The position numbers were made by a program, and so were the translations under genes. A stretch of DNA of 40,165 nucleotides from Chrysochromulina tobinii (Eukaryota), in assembly GCA_001275005.1 (NCBI GenBank), contig JWZX01002559.1, positions 1 to 40,165 on the forward strand, read 5' to 3'. Below, in pieces: positions 37,837 through 40,165 of this stretch. Numbering within the stretch: the stretch's first letter is position 1; every line of letters starts with the position of its first letter. A model generated the notes under the pieces. That model did no database searches, was not told the origin of the DNA, and saw nothing but the letters and a program-made list of their open reading frames with translations.

Positions 37837-39438
37837 ATGACCACGCTGACCGGCACCATTCCAAAGACCCTGGAAGGCACAGTGGATCCGCCCACGGCTG
37901 GCAAAGCGCTCGCCGGCGCCGTCATCCAGATCGCGTCGATCACGTGCATCTGGTTCACATGCACCTCGGCGGCCACGTGCGTGCATGACCCGCGCCAGTG
38001 CTGGGACGACCCTTGGGCGCGTCAGGTGGTCGTGACGCTCGCGGCCTGCCTGGTGCTTTGGCTGTACTCGCTGCGCACAATACCTACTAAGGGCTTCTCA
38101 GACCCATCAATCGTCGATCGGCTGTGGTCCGTCCTCCCAATGCTCTATTGCTGGCACTGGTACTGGTCCGCACCCAACGCGCGGCAGCTCCTCATGGCCG
38201 TTCTGACGACGGTGTGGGGGGGGCGCCTCACCTATAATTTTGCCATCAAGGGCGGCTTCTCGGGCGGAGAGGATCATCGTTGGAAGGAGGTCCGCTCCTG
38301 GCCAGGCTTCAGTCGCGTTTGGGAGCTTTTCAACTTTCTCTTCATCTGCGGCTTCCAACAGCTCGTCATCCTCGCGTTCACCTCGCCAGCGGCCTACAAT
38401 GTCCGTGCGGACGCGCCACCGCTAAACCGAATCGACGCCGCCGCCGCCCTCCTCTACCTCCTGCTCGTCGTGGGCGAGGCCGTGGCCGACCGTCAGATGT
38501 ACGTCTTCCAGACTGAAAAGTTTCGACGAATCGGCGCCAACGAGCCCCTTGGGTCGGAGTACGCGCACGGCTTCATCATGACGGGGCTGTGGGCGTACAG
38601 CCGCCATCCGAACTACTTTTGCGAGGTGAGCCTCTGGTGGGTCTTCTACCTCTTCTCTATCGCCGCAGGCGCGCCGTTGCTCAACTGGACGATGGCTGGT
38701 GCCTTCTTCCTCAGCCTCCTCTTTTTGCTGCCGCAAGCATCGCTCGACGTGACAGAAAATCTGTCCTCACGCAAGTACCCTCTGTACGCCGAGTACCAGG
38801 CGCGTGTCTCGCGCTTCTTCCCGCTGCCGCCCAGGCCTGCGGGCGAGGCGCTGCCGCCGATGCAGTCGCGCGACGCCGCACTCATCGTATGGTTCGTCCT
38901 CGGCACGCTCATCACGTACCTCATCGACTTTGAGCAAGTGCTCATCGAAGATCCGTCCGCGTATGGAAAGAATGGGGCTCCGCTGCCGCTCTGGCCTCCG
39001 GAGCCTTTCGTACGGGCCATCCACTGGTGGGGCAAGACGGCGGATCCGCTCGTGCTCGCGCGCCCAATCTGGTTCAAGGTAGCGATCTGGCTCGAGGTGC
39101 TTGTTCAGGCGCCGTTTTACATGCTTGCCATGTACGCCTTCGCGCGCCAGCGCAGCTGGATTCGCGTGCCGGCCATCGTGTACGCCACCGTGCTGCTGAC
39201 CATAATGCCCATCGTGCTCGCCGAGCAGTACCTGGGTCCGCATGCCACCTCCCGGCCCTGGCTAGTCACCGCCGTCTACGGTGCGTACGTCCTCATGCCG
39301 CTCCTCGTGCTTCGTCGCGTGTGGTCGCCGCAAGTGTTCCCACCGCCGCTCATGCCCGCAAAGGCGCCTGCCGAGGCGGTGCCCGATGGCGTCTCGCGCC
39401 GTCGGGCACGCTCGCCTGGCAAGAAGAATGGGGCGTGA
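37837..39438 (+). CDS. DUF1295 (steroid 5-alpha-reductase-like) membrane protein fused to a C-terminal EXPERA (EBP/TMEM97) domain
   Basis: SIVDRLWS, WG.RLTYNF..KGG...EDHRW, AD.Q..FQ and GLW.YSRHPNYFCE; then IDF..W....DPL..RP.WF....WLE.LVQ.PF..Y.AYVLMPLL. Confidence 0.85.
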   Translation: MTTLTGTIPKTLEGTVDPPTAGKALAGAVIQIASITCIWFTCTSAATCVHDPRQCWDDPWARQVVVTLAACLVLWLYSLRTIPTKGFSDPSIVDRLWSVLPMLYCWHWYWSAPNARQLLMAVLTTVWGGRLTYNFAIKGGFSGGEDHRWKEVRSWPGFSRVWELFNFLFICGFQQLVILAFTSPAAYNVRADAPPLNRIDAAAALLYLLLVVGEAVADRQMYVFQTEKFRRIGANEPLGSEYAHGFIMTGLWAYSRHPNYFCEVSLWWVFYLFSIAAGAPLLNWTMAGAFFLSLLFLLPQASLDVTENLSSRKYPLYAEYQARVSRFFPLPPRPAGEALPPMQSRDAALIVWFVLGTLITYLIDFEQVLIEDPSAYGKNGAPLPLWPPEPFVRAIHWWGKTADPLVLARPIWFKVAIWLEVLVQAPFYMLAMYAFARQRSWIRVPAIVYATVLLTIMPIVLAEQYLGPHATSRPWLVTAVYGAYVLMPLLVLRRVWSPQVFPPPLMPAKAPAEAVPDGVSRRRARSPGKKNGA

Positions 39439-40165
39439 AGGTCTAACCCTCTCGATGGCCGTGGGTGGGTCATCGATGGGTGGGTCATCCCGACGGGTGG
39501 GTCGTCTCAGCCTCGCGCGCCGCCACAGGTCTGCTGACCGTCCTCGCGCACCTGCGCGACGCCAATACCTCTGATGGTGATGAAGTCAGCGAGCCTCCGC
39601 ATCTACTCGGACCTGCGTGCGGCTGCGCTGCTGGGTGGCTACTACTTCCACTTCACGAGCCTCGCACCGCACCTTGATTTCAACGATGCGCTGCCTGGCT
39701 AGCCTGGCGACAACTACACTTGCTCGGCCGGGGGTGTGCCGCAGCACGAGCAACGTCGGCGCCTCCAGACCGCCGGCGGAGGCACTGGCGCGCAGCAGCA
39801 GCACAACGTGCTTCAGCGGATCGCCGCCGCCGGGTTTCGAGAGCGCGGATGGCAGGGATATTAAGCCTATATGGGGCTATATGCACTCTGCAACATTTAA
39901 TTCCCCGAGACTATATGTTAATCCGGGTGTGGGGGCCTTCGGGCCTGCCGGTCACACGCGCCGGAGTCAGAGTGGTGGGCGACGCGCGCGGGTGCGGCGC
40001 GGGCGCGGGGAGAACTCCCCGGTCCGTCAAGAGTTACGAATTTGGTGGGCCCGCGTGTCCCGTGTGTGTCCCGTGTGTGTGCGACTGGGCTCCTCGGGTA
40101 GAGGGGAGCCAGCCGGTAAGAACCTGCCTGAGGGGGACCTCGGAGGCATAGGGGTCGTTGAGCCC

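Noticed and set aside
39530..39710. Short coding-like fragment (MVMKSASLRIYSDL..)
   Set aside because: Under 50 aa with no supported start or recognisable family.
1..40165. Prokaryotic operon or defence system interpretation
   Set aside because: Spliceosomal introns, Med22/PUB/DNAJC9-like genes and mixed gene orientation indicate a eukaryotic nuclear locus.

Overview
GC-rich, gene-dense, intron-poor eukaryotic DNA. The gene content and style suggest a haptophyte-like alga (inference). There are about 22 protein genes: GH116 glucosylceramidase, LicD, GT47, bacterial-type homospermidine synthase, DNAJC9-like, FHA coiled-coil, PUB, Med22, LRR, a USP-like protease split by an intron, lectin-DUF5672, serine hydrolase, GT29, STPG-repeat, sulfotransferase-like, FolD and a DUF1295-EXPERA fusion. 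No rRNA, canonical tRNA or CRISPR was seen. The most striking signal is non-coding. Short inserts recur, each bounded by a direct target-site-like duplication (TSD) of 7-19 bp. They include an ~85-bp dispersed element, a (CACT)n-tailed element and bare microsatellites. Several sit in one motif, TTGGCTGTGAA/TTCACAGCCAA, usually just upstream of genes. In one case a 10-bp satellite flanked by a 19-bp duplication containing CAG|GTG forms a precise, apparently newly created spliceosomal intron in the GH116 gene. No transposase or reverse transcriptase was recognised in the window, so the mobilising enzyme is unknown. Protein family calls come from motif recognition by eye, not database searches.
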